Origin: Mobula birostris
Taxonomy: Eukaryota
DNA: 64,000 nucleotides
Direction: 5' to 3'
Assembly: GCF_030028105.1 (NCBI RefSeq)
Contig: NC_092371.1
Span: 97,243,064-97,307,063 of the forward strand
The position numbers and the translations under genes are program-made. This document shows, one piece after another, positions 39,030 to 50,220 of the stretch. The notes under the pieces were generated by a model. The model ran no database searches. It saw nothing but the letters and a program-made list of their open reading frames with translations, and was not told the DNA's origin. Each line of letters opens with the position of its first letter. Position 1 is the stretch's first letter.

Positions 39030-40400
39030 ACCCATATATAACCATATAACCAGATAACAATTACAACACGGAAACAGGCCATCTCGGCCCTTCTAGTCCG
39101 TGCCGAACTCTTACTCTCACCTAGTCCCACCGACCTGCACTCAGCCCATAACCCTCCCTTTCCTGTCCATATATCTGTCCAATTTAACTTTAAATGACAA
39201 CATCGAACCTGCCTCAACCACTCCTGCTGGAAGCTCGTTCCACACAGCCACCACTCTCTGAGTAAAGAAGTTCCCCGTCATGTTACCCCTAAACTTTTGC
39301 CCTTTAACTCTCAACTCGTATCCTCTTGTTTGAATCTCCCCCACTCTCAATGGAAAAAGCCTATCCACGTCAACTCTATCTACCCTCCTCATAATTTTAA
39401 AATACCTCTATCAAGTTCGCTCTCAACCTTCTACGCTTCAAAGAATAAAGACAAAACTTGTTCAAACTTTCTCTGTAACTTAGGAGGTGAAACCCAGGAA
39501 ACATTCCCGTAAATCTCCTCTGTATTCTCTCAATTTTGTTCACATCTTTTCCCTATAATTCGGTGACCAGAACTGTACACAATTCTCCAAATTTGGCCTC
39601 ACCAAGGCCTTATACAATTTCAACATTACATCCCACCTCCTATACTCAATGCTCTGAATTGTAGAGGCCAGCATACCAAAAGCTTTCTTCCCCACCCTAT
39701 CCACATGAGATTCCACCTTCAGGGAACTAGGCACCATTATTCCTAGATCCCTCTGTTCTACTGCATTCTTCAATGCCCTACCATTTACCATGTATGTCCT
39801 ATTTTGATTAGTCCGACCAAAATATAGCACCTCTCATTTATCAGCATTAACCTCCATCTGCTATCTTTCAGCCCACTCTTCTAAGTGGTCTAAATCTCTC
39901 TGCAAGCTATAAAAATCTACTTCATTATCCACAACTCCACCTATCTTAGTATCATCTGCATACTTACTAATCCAATTTACCACCCTATCATCCAGATCAT
40001 TAATATATATAACAAACAACATTGGACCCAGTACAGATCCCTGAGGCACACCACCAGATACCGTCCCCCAATCTGACACACAGTTATCCACCACTACTCT
40101 CTGGCGTCTCCCATCCAGCCACTGCTGAATCCATTTTACTACTTCGATATTAATACTCAACGATTAGAACCTTCCTGACTAACCTTCGGTGTGGAACCTT
40201 GTCAAAGGCCCTATTGATGTGCATATAGACAATATCCACTGCTTTACCCTCGTCAACTTTCCTAGTAACCTCATCAAAAAATTCAATACGATTTGTCAAA
40301 CATGACCTTCCACGCACTAATCCATGTTGACTGTTCCTAATCCGACCCTGTCTATCCAGATAATTATATATACCATCTCTAAGAATGCTTTCCATCAATG
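39030..40400 (-). mobile_element. CR1 LINE 3' half (RT), degenerate
   Basis: ORFs 40150-40416, 39861-40160, 39540-39830 and 39141-39392 (GGVPQGSVLGPMLF, YADDTK, FFTQRVVAVWNELP); (ATATAACC)n tail. Confidence 0.92.
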
Positions 40401-41156
40401 AGCAATACATGAGCACCCGCCTCGTTATATTTTGCAGTCAGTAGGCTGGTACTCATCTCTCCTTGCCCTGACCCTAAAGCAACTCCACCTATACAGAAAA
40501 TCAGGGACAGATTTGAATCCCAGCTTTTCGTCTCCTATTTCACAAACAACCGCCAGTCCATACTTTCAAGCAATTATACAGTTGACCCACGTAAGATGAA
40601 GCCTTAGATTGATCGAATTCCATTCTAGACTTGCCCATCGTGGAATCGCCTTCTCCAAGTCACATTGTCTCACATTTCTTATACTAAATCTCCCTTTATA
40701 TTTCCTTATCAAAGCAAATTACTCCAGCTATTCATTCCACCTGACTGTTGCTTACCCCAATTAGGGTAGCTACAGTATAAATTTATGAGCGTTTCAGTGT
40801 GACGTGAAACACCAAACAATTCTGCAGAAATCTAGCTCTTTCCACCGATTCTGTACTCTAGACCCCTAGAAATCTACTGGACATAAGCTCGATTCTTCAA
40901 GGAGAATGGTACTTACGTTATTACCAGTACAGAGAAATTAATCGGAACAAATAATATGGCCCTGGCGAATATTGTAGCGAGGTTATCAGTATTATGAAAC
41001 AGTGTTTAACGAGGACGATTGTTCAAAACTGCGTGTCTGTGATTCAAATATTCTATAAAAATAAACCCGAGGTGCATAAATGCAAAACACTAAAATGCGC
41101 TTGAAGGTCATTTGACAGTTTGGAAATATATATGTATATTAATTACATTCTGGATT

Positions 41157-41296
41157 NNNNNNNNNNNNNNNNNNNNNNNNNNNNNNNNNNNNNNNNNNNN
41201 NNNNNNNNNNNNNNNNNNNNNNNNNNNNNNNNNNNNNNNNNNNNNNNNNNNNNNNNNNNNNNNNNNNNNNNNNNNNNNNNNNNNNNNNNNNNNNNN
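41157..41296. other. Assembly gap
   Basis: Run of N. Confidence 1.
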
Positions 41297-42002
41297 AAGG
41301 GATTTTGTTTGTCAACTAAAACACTCGAAAACGGCTATAGATGTACCACGGAGAGCATTCTGACAGGCTGCATTACTGTCTGGTATGGGGGGGGGGGCGA
41401 GGTTGTTGCTCCTCAGGAAGATAAGAAGCTACAGAATATTGTAAAGTTAGTCAGTTCCATCTTGGGTACCAGACTTCGCAGTATTCAGGAAAAGGAGCGG
41501 TGTCTCAGAAAGGCGACGTCCATTTTCCAGAGAATGCCCTCTTTTCATTGTACGAAAGCCTGAAGGAACACACTCAGCGATTCAGGAACAGCTTCTTCCC
41601 CTGTGCCATACAATTCTTAAATGAACTTTGAACCCATAAACACTGCCCCACTTTTGTACTATTTTATTCTGTTCTGTATACATACCTACATATATATACC
41701 TGTTTAGTTACCTGTTTTTATCATGTATTGCATTGTACTGTTGCTGCTAAGTTAACAAATTTCACGACACATGCTGGTGATGATAAACCTGATTCTGATA
41801 TTACAAAGTCATCGATCAATATAGGAGATAATAGCGATTTATTGCAAGTCTCTTGTAAAATTACACCCGTGTTCTGATCAATTCAGAATAAGTTTGGACC
41901 GGTAGATTGAAGCGGATACACTGCGCATCACCTGTGCTTTACAAATAAGATTGAAACGTATTTATTTTCAGGAGCAACAAATCAGTACATCTATCACTTG
42001 AA

Positions 42003-42326
42003 TCACAGACAACCGGATCGTGCAACGTTTACTTTAACTGGGTTTGCCTGAGCCTCGTGTTTAACCACACAGGTGTAAAGATCGTGTGAGTTCCAATCCG
42101 AGGCAGACAGAGTCAGGCAACTGCTTGAACTGAATGTGTTGTCCGCTTCCAGCTGGACCCGGCTCGACTCAACGCCATTCTTCCTCGTGCTGCCGTCCAC
42201 CGTCCACTCGATGTCCACAGCTCCCGGATTAAACCCGCTCACCAAGCACACCAGGGTGGCGGTGCCGTTTCTCGTGATTTCTTCAGCTGAGGGCCGGAGG
42301 ACCAACACCTTAGGGGGGCAGAGGAT
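42003..42326 (-). pseudogene. Ig lambda/type II light-chain C exon (C2) with a +1 frameshift in a G6 run (pseudogene or assembly error)
   Basis: Acceptor ttttcag|AT CCT CTG CCC CCC TAA stops at 42310-42312. Removing one base gives PLPPKVLVLRPSAEEITRNGTATLVCLVSGFNPGAVDIEW...LYTCVVKHEAQANPVKVNVARSGCL*. AATAAA at 41961-41966. Confidence 0.85.
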
Positions 42327-42510
42327 CTGAAAAAAATAGGAAGATGTTCAATAAGATAAACTACTGATTGACAATAGTGTCCGAAACAAGTGCCTTTCTT
42401 CGGAGATAAGAGAGACAGCACATGCTGGGATCTGAGGAGGAGAACAACTTGCTGCAGGAATTCAGCGGGTCAAACGCATTTCTGGAAGCAAATCGATACT
42501 TGACGCTTCG

Positions 42511-42519
42511 GTGTGTGTG

Positions 42520-42564
<45 letters not shown>

Positions 42565-42577
42565 CTGTGTCTGTGTG
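42511..42577. repeat. (GT)n microsatellite
   Basis: Direct inspection. Confidence 0.95.
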
Positions 42578-42774
42578 GGGGGGGGCGGGGGGCGGTGCGG
42601 TGTGGGTACATCGGAACATTGCTTCCACAGATGCTGCCTGACCTGCTGAGTTCCTCCAGAAGCTTGTTTCTTTTATTTTTCGCTGCTTTGTCTTTCTTCG
42701 TTGGGTTTACAATCGACAGCACTGGAACCGCACGAAAACCTTCATTCAACGGAACCGCATTAATACGATTTGGA

Positions 42775-43250
42775 AACATTGAAACATAGAAAATCGGTGC
42801 AGGAGTAGGCCATTCGGCCCTTCGAGCCTGCACCACCATTCAGTATGATCATGGCTGATCATCCAACTCAGAACCCTGTACCTGCCTTCTCTCCATACCT
42901 CCTGATCCCTTTAGACCCAAGGGCCTTATCTAACTCCCTCTTAAATATAGCCAATGAACTGGCCTCAACTGTTTCCCGTGGCAGAGAATTCCACAGATTC
43001 ACCACTCTCTGTGTGAAGAAGTTTTTCCTCATCTCGGTCCTAAAAAACTTCCCTTTTATCCTCAAACTGTGACCCCTCGTTCTGGACTTCCCCAACATCA
43101 GGAACAAATACATCTTCCTACATCTAGCCTGTCCAATCCCTTTAGAATTTTATACGTTTCAATCAGATCCCCCCCTTAATCTTCTAAATTCCAGCGAGTA
43201 TAAGCCTAGCCGATCCAGTCTTTTTATGAAAGTCCTGCCATCCCAAGAAT
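42775..43250 (-). mobile_element. CR1 3' fragment in the J-C intron
   Basis: GKSRTRGHSLRIKG...FFTQRVVNLWNSLP plus gaaacatagaaa tail. Confidence 0.88.
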
Positions 43251-44024
43251 CATAGCGGTAGAACACCAGAGATCTGGAAATGCAATAACCTGGGGATATT
43301 TTCAGAGCGCGACCACGTGTCAAATTCAAAAAAATAAACCTTACATTTTCAAAGAAAACAATTTGGATTAATCACACGTTTTGTATTTCAAACTTAATGT
43401 TGTTCTCAAAGTGACTTAATATTTTGGTGCTATTTCTTCTCCGTGAACGTTTGGAATGGAATTTGGAATTAAAAATCCCTTTGAGGAGTGGGGATGGATT
43501 TAAAAAAGAAATGGTTACTAAGCTGTTTGCTACCTTATTGTATTTTCAGTCGAATTCCAGTTTCCTCAATATATGTAGAGTGGCGGTGTTAACAAGTAAT
43601 GAATACTAATTCTGGATAAATGACTGGAAATATTCTCTAATATTGAGCACAAAATATTCAGTTCTATTCAATGTACAGCCACCCTCATTTATCTGTTTCT
43701 GCCTCACCTTCTGCACTAATTTTGCTGATAATGACAAATTTCTATTTAACCTTCTACCAGTGTTTACCAATTGGAGCAAGTATTCCAAATTCAAACCGGC
43801 AATCCTGTCACATTTGGAATCCGAATCGGGAAGACAGGTACAAGCAGGTATTTTCTTACAAATCCAGGCAATACTACATATAACTTCCCGGAGATAATCT
43901 GTAGTTGACACCAGAAGTGCTCTGGTCATTATTTATCATTATTTATTCAGCATCCTAAAGTGCTGGAACAAATTATCTCCTCAGTGTCTGAGACAATATA
44001 CCCGCGATTTGCTGCAACGTTTCC

Positions 44025-44583
44025 NNNNNNNNNNNNNNNNNNNNNNNNNNNNNNNNNNNNNNNNNNNNNNNNNNNNNNNNNNNNNNNNNNNNNNNNNNNN
44101 NNNNNNNNNNNNNNNNNNNNNNNNNNNNNNNNNNNNNNNNNNNNNNNNNNNNNNNNNNNNNNNNNNNNNNNNNNNNNNNNNNNNNNNNNNNNNNNNNNNN
44201 NNNNNNNNNNNNNNNNNNNNNNNNNNNNNNNNNNNNNNNNNNNNNNNNNNNNNNNNNNNNNNNNNNNNNNNNNNNNNNNNNNNNNNNNNNNNNNNNNNNN
44301 NNNNNNNNNNNNNNNNNNNNNNNNNNNNNNNNNNNNNNNNNNNNNNNNNNNNNNNNNNNNNNNNNNNNNNNNNNNNNNNNNNNNNNNNNNNNNNNNNNNN
44401 NNNNNNNNNNNNNNNNNNNNNNNNNNNNNNNNNNNNNNNNNNNNNNNNNNNNNNNNNNNNNNNNNNNNNNNNNNNNNNNNNNNNNNNNNNNNNNNNNNNN
44501 NNNNNNNNNNNNNNNNNNNNNNNNNNNNNNNNNNNNNNNNNNNNNNNNNNNNNNNNNNNNNNNNNNNNNNNNNNNNNNNNNNN
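44025..44583. other. Assembly gap inside the presumed J-C intron
   Basis: Run of N. Confidence 1.
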
Positions 44584-44639
44584 CACCAACAGTGAGTTAA
44601 CTGCGAAACTGGAACTGATAAACTTGAGTTCGGGAATAT

Positions 44640-44880
44640 AAGACCATAAGACATAGGAGCAGAATTAGGCCATTTGGCCCATCGAGTCTGCTCTGCCATT
44701 CAACCTTGGCTGATCTATTTTCCCTTCCCCAGCCCCGTTCCCCAGTCTTCACCCCATAACCTTTGATTCCGTCTCCAATCAAGAATCGATCAAGCTCTGC
44801 CTAAATATATCCAACCACCTGGCCTCCGCAGCTGCCTGTGGTAATAAATTCCACAAGTTCACCACCCTCTGGCTGAAGAT
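44640..44880 (-). mobile_element. CR1 3' end fragment
   Basis: agaccataagacataggagcagaattaggccatt tail and following CR1 3' UTR sequence. Confidence 0.8.
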
Positions 44881-45301
44881 GTTTCAAAAGGAATATTGTG
44901 TTTCCAAATATTATCTTAAACCCGCGTAATTTTGAACCAGAGGTAGAATGGCTGCAAATGTCTGATATTGAGGTGCACTGAAAGGTGAGACAACATGTCT
45001 CAGCCATAACGCAGATTCGCGTCAGGCGCCAGTCAAGTGTTGGTTCGAAGGATTAGAAGGTTCAAATGCAACATTTTCATTCTATTCCTATTCGAAAATT
45101 GAAATGTCAGACAAGCTGAAATGTGAGCCACTTAAAATTGTGATACCTGATTAATCTAAAATGAAGATGAAATTTGAGAGGCTGAAAAATATATTGATCA
45201 GTTTTTACAGTCGCTTTAAGTCGCCAACCTTCATCAAGAGATTGATAGTAAGTACGCATATTAGAATACTATTTAATGTTGTGAGGGATGATAGGCACAT
45301 C

Positions 45302-45739
45302 TGTCACAACCGCGGACCCTGCTGTGGGGTCTGCGCGCCCTTGCTGGCGGGCTGCGGAACGGGTTCAGCAATCACGTTCTCCCAGCCAATTAGTGTTTCA
45401 TTGTGGTGGTATTTCACTCACTTCCTCTCGTTTCAGTTTTGTCAAGACTTGACCAAAAGCACAGCAAACTTCAATGCTCCCTGCTTACTGCTGTCCTGGT
45501 TCCGGGAAAGAAAAGATACCGTTTATTGTGACACTATTAAAGACTGGTATTTATTTGCTATTAAAAGCTACTACTTCCAAGGCGCTTTGTCGGCGTTAGC
45601 GTTACTTGGAATATTCTGGTTAATGGATGGTTGGTCTTGCGTTTATTGTTTTTATTTAAATTTCGGCACAGTTCCTATTAAAGCCAGCGAACTGTTGATC
45701 CGATTCAGTGCCTCTCTCTCTCGGGGCTTGGCAATAACA
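45302..45739 (+). repeat. Candidate solo LTR in the J-C intron
   Basis: Begins TGTCACAA, ends TAACA, has ATTAAA near the 3' end; absent from the paralogous intron (about 27345-27400); no clear TSD. Confidence 0.45.
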
Positions 45740-46309
45740 CTCTCGTGTCAACACCCTTCGATATTGAACTTACAGTGATGCGAATCACGGAGCCAGCTAT
45801 AGACTTCGCTGAAGTTCGTGCACAGGAACTCTGACAGGATCTGTAATTCAGGCGTGTGCCGATCAAAGGGGTGTAACGTTACTACAGCGTTAAGTCTCAC
45901 GGGGTTCATCTGTGTGATTTCAGAGATGGCCGAGATCTGCAGTAATTTGACACACTTCCCCCTAAACTGTTAATGTTCTAAACTCACGGAGTCGTTTTCA
46001 TGGAAATTAAATGGTATAACATCAGGGTTTCGTGATTCGGTTTTCAGTTTTTGCTGAATAGAAATTTATGCAAAAACCGTTCAGAAACCATTCAAAAGGC
46101 AACCCGGCAGTCGGATGCTTATACAATTTAAAAGTTCAAAAGCAAGTCCATCTTGTAGTTCTGTTTTCCTTAATCCCACTTCATTCACTGGCCTTGTTAA
46201 TTCTTTATCTACTTCCCTTCAAACTTTCCAAGCGCACAATATTAATTGCAGATGGGTACTACCGGTTCTCAGATTAATTTGGTTACAGTGGAACCGTAAT
46301 CTTTCTTTG

Positions 46310-46545
46310 GCAACACACAAAATACTAAAAGGAACTTAGCAGGCCAGGGAGCGTCAATGGAAAAGAGTAAGTAGTCGAAGTTTCGGGCTGAGACCCTTCA
46401 TCACGAAATCATGAGTCCTGATCAAGGGTCTCGGCGCGAAACGTCCACGGTGTATTCTTTTGCATAGACGCTGTCTGGCCTGCTGAATTTCTCCAACCTT
46501 TTGTGTGTGTGGCTTAGATTTCCAGCATCTACAGATTTTCTCGTC
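46310..46545. mobile_element. Inverted pair of Penelope-like termini
   Basis: Minus copy (..gatgaagggtctcagcccgaaac..) at about 46310-46404 faces a plus copy (ctgatcaagggtctcggcgcgaaacgtc..) at about 46414-46545. Confidence 0.75.
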
Positions 46546-47558
46546 ACAGTAATTTTTATAATCGTCTCAAGAAATTTCAAAATAATCCTATAAATTGCGC
46601 TTTCAGAGATCCACAAATAACTCAGAAACACGTTGAGACTAAAATTGAGCCCCAAACATTAGAAGCAAGACAAGCGGAATTTTAGGCAAAACCATAACTT
46701 TAAAAAAATTATTTAACAGTGACAAAGTGGTAACGATACAGGGATGGACTTTCAGCTCGGACTACTTACAGCAAAAACGCTGTTAACACGGTTAAGGCTC
46801 TCTATTTGCTGACGAGCACATGGTGAAAATTAGATCTTAAAGAGTTAAAGGTCCAAAGATGAAAGACGTTGGAATGTTTGAACTCTGAGAATGACATAAT
46901 AAGGGCGAAAAATTTCACATTAAGTGATTTCTTAACTGGGAGTTAACAAAAGTTCACAAATTCGGAAGGGGATCGACGATGAGAGGGGATTGGGGGCGAG
47001 TTGAGAAACGGAGTTCAGAAGATATCAAGTTCCTGGTGTACAGAGCGAAGAAAGATAATGCACAAATAGGAAATGTCAAATCGGGCGATACTGCAGAGGG
47101 AAAAGGGGAGAGGGATGGGCAAGCTTCATTCTCAGCTTGGAACTTCCTTCGCACTTGTTCTGCCTCAGTCGTCCGCTGGCGAAAACTGATCTATGCTTTT
47201 GCTATTTCCTTTGATGGATTTTACAATCCATTCTCAAATTTGAAGCCAGGTAGTGATAACATGTCAATAACTGGCGAGTATGTCCTCTCAGGATCCAACG
47301 GTATCAACAATAGTAGGGGCCATTTAGTCTTGTTTTGCTTACAAACTAGTTTGAACACTGAATTCAAAACTACATCAGTACAATTTGATTAAATTTGAGC
47401 CAATTTATCTTTTTGTTGTTTTAGTGGTTTATCTCCCAAACATGAAGACAAAAAGATTACTGGTTTTCAAAACGAATGAAGGTAGTGGACACTGAAACTA
47501 TTGCTCAAAGATTTGCAATTGAAAGGGGAAAAAGCTGGAATGTTGAAAATGTACTTAC

Positions 47559-47900
47559 TGCCCAAATTCAGTTTGGTTCCTTTCCCGAAGTTCAATCTAT
47601 TATTGGCCCATATACCACAGTAATAATCGGCGACATCCCCCGATTGCAAGTTTCCGATGGTTAAGTGCATCTGGTTGCTAGATGAGTCTACGGTACCAGT
47701 AAATCGATCTGGTATTCCGGAACCTCTGCCATTGTCTTCACTCCACACGAGTACAGGAGTGCCGCTGGGTTTTTGCCAGTACCAGTTCGCATAGTAGCTG
47801 CCAATGCTTCCTCCTGACATGGTACAAGTAATCTTTGTAGATTGACCCGGAGAAGTTGAGACAGACGGGGACTGAGTCAAAACAATCTCAGCGACTGTAC
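47559..47900 (-). CDS. Germline-joined VJ exon of an Ig lambda/type II (NS3-like) light chain
   Basis: Acceptor tcatcag|GT ACA GTC GCT; open frame TVA-EIVLTQSPSVSTSPGQSTKITCTMSGGSIGSYYANWYWQKP...GIPDRFTGTVDSSSNQMHLTI...DYYCGIWANNRLNFGKGTKLNLG; donor A|gtaagt at 47559/47558; no RSS between V and J. Confidence 0.96.
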
Positions 47901-47984
47901 CTGATGAAAAACAAATTAACCATAGCGTCAACCATCAACAGAATAGGAAATGTAGCGATATTATGGATTATGCATTGTACTTAC

Positions 47985-48033
47985 TGTGGAAACAGAACAC
48001 CAGAGCGACAAAACCCGGAATCCATTCAGCCAC
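47985..48033 (-). CDS. Leader exon of the VJ gene, with GTG at the initiator position
   Basis: cttcacc GTG GCT GAA TGG ATT CCG GGT TTT GTC GCT CTG GTG TTC TGT TTC CAC A|gtaagt gives (V)AEWIPGFVALVFCFH; the 84-nt phase-1 intron joins in frame to the V exon. Confidence 0.88.
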
Positions 48034-48091
48034 GGTGAAGGAGATGAAGGGATGCTTTGCCTCACAAGTTCGGCTCTGGGCTCCTTCCAAG

Positions 48092-48211
48092 CCTCCCTTT
48101 AAGTAGTCTGAAATATCGTTACGTCACAAAATATTGATTCTTCATACAAATTTCTATCCACGTGTTATCAAAATGCCAAATTGTGGGCGGGACATTTACA
48201 TATATTTACAT
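48092..48211 (-). promoter_or_regulatory. V promoter: TATA-like TTAAA, CRE-like TGACGT, octamer variant, E-box, GC box
   Basis: tttaa 48098-48102; acgtca 48121-48126; ATACAAAT 48144-48151 (one mismatch to ATGCAAAT); CACGTG 48159-48164; gggcgg 48185-48190; ATTTACAT at 48194 and 48204. Confidence 0.7.
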
Positions 48212-49439
48212 AGCATGAGCCCTTCAGTGAAATACAGAGAGGAGCACAATGAAGTGAGCAGATAAGTAATAGAAAGCAGAGTAAATACTATTGTAAAACA
48301 GGAGAAACACTGGAGTCACTATAGATGTGTACGAGACAAGCCCAAATTCTCCAGTTACCTTGGCAGGAGTGACTCATACCTTGGCAAGAGTCGGGCAGAT
48401 AAATAAACTTTTAAGCGAAAGTAGCAATTGGAGATTTAAAGAAGAAAAATTCCGGTGTGCTATCGGCGCAGTATACCCTTAGAATAATTATCTTAGATTT
48501 CTGCTTCAGTGAAATGTTAGTGCCTACATCGGGCTTCTCTTTTGAACATTGTTGAAATCCTTACTTGCTTGAGGATATGAGGTTGGAGCAGGGCAGTATT
48601 AGCACTTCGAGCCAAGGGCACAGAGACCGAGCATAGAGAGTGACAAAGCAACAGTGAGGAAGGTTCCATGGCTGGTTGAGAAGTTGGGGGTTGGGCAAGT
48701 TGGAGGAAAAGGTCACTTCTGTGACAGTGACAATGTGAATGTGCAAAATACATTTAAACTAGGGACAATATATTAGCTTGTAGTCAATAAATATTTCCTA
48801 AAAGGAATCTTAGACTAGCAATAAACAGCAGACAGACTAGTTGTATGAATCAGTGCTTGGGCCGTGCTTATTTACAATGTATTTCAGTGAGTTAGATGAA
48901 GAGACTGATGCAATATTTCTAAATTTAGCAATGACATGGAACTGGCCGAATATACCTGCCGTAGAGAGGGTTCAAAGAATTCCTCCGATAGCGTGGCTGT
49001 CGTGTAGATTGCACCTGCTGCATCGTCTGCATAGTAACATCTAGAACAATGAGAGTAAATCTCAATAATATTACCGCAGTGCACTGCACAAGGTTTTCAG
49101 AGTTCCAGCCAGGCTAGGTGCAGGAAAGATGTTCCCCATGGCTGAGGATTCTTGCAAAGAGAACACAGTCTCATAATACGACAAGGGGCATTTATTTCTA
49201 AGACGCAGTGAAATGTTTTCGCTCAGACAGAAGTGAACCTCGGAAATTTTCCACAGAAGTCTTGTGAAGACAAGTCGCTGAATATATTGCAGAGATAGTT
49301 CCTCATATGCAAACCCAAGCAGAGGGTGTGGATAGAGTGGAAATCGGATACTGTATTAGCCGATGAAACATGATCACACTACAATGATTACCAGCCCGGG
49401 AAAATGGCAGTGCTGAATGACAGAGTTCAGAGCTAATGT

Positions 49440-50220
49440 AGTGAGGCTATATGGGTGGAACAGAGAAATAAAGGGACGAGCGCGTTAATGGGATTATATT
49501 ACAGACCATTCAATAGTCAGTGGGATTTAGAGGAGCAAATGTTGTAGAGAATTCACGGACAGTTCCAAGTAACATAAGGTTATGATAGCAGGTGTTTTAA
49601 TTCTCGCATATCGACCTGGTCTCCCGTGCTGTAAAACAGCTGGGTGGTACAGAGTTTGTTACAAGTGTTCAGAAAACGTTCCTCGATCAATATATAGAGA
49701 ACCCAACGAGAGAGAGCCGGTGATACTGGACTACAATTAGGGAAAAAAGGCAGGACAGGTGACCGAAGTGTGCCTCGGGGAACACTTTGGATCTAGTGAT
49801 CATAATTTTATTAGTTTCGAGATAATTATGCAGAAGGATAGGTCGACCCACCGGGAAGAAAAGAGAATTTTGATGGTATCAGAGAGGATCTGGCAAGTGT
49901 GGCTCGAGACATGTTGTTTTCTGGCAAAGGCGTTTTTGGTAAGTGGGAGGCATTCGAAAGTACAAATTTGAAAGTACAGAGCTTGCACGTTTCTCTCAGA
50001 ATTAAACGCAGCGCTAACAGGCTTAGGAAACCTTGGTTTCGAGAGATATTGAGACTCTGTTTGAAAAGAAGAAGGGGGCGTACAGCAGTTTTTAACAGCA
50101 AGGAACAATTAAGGTGCCTGAGGAGAATAAGAGATGTAAGGGAGCACTTAATAAAGGAACCAGGAAGGCTAAAAGAAGGCATGAGCTTGTTCTAGCAAAC
50201 AAATTGAAGCAGAATGCCGA
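49440..50220 (+). mobile_element. Old CR1 EN-region remnant
   Basis: EVCLGEHFGSSDHNFISFEI and GKWEAFE...KPWF motifs with many lesions. Confidence 0.75.

Noticed and set aside
43947-44699. Long ORFs of 200-250 aa in the ORF track
   Set aside because: They are artefacts of translating through the N gap.
45161-45778. 205-aa plus-strand ORF
   Set aside because: No recognisable domain; it spans intron sequence and an LTR-like insertion on the antisense strand of the Ig intron.
47400-48100. Recombination signal sequences around V and J
   Set aside because: No CACAGTG heptamer with a correctly spaced nonamer was seen; V and J are directly fused.
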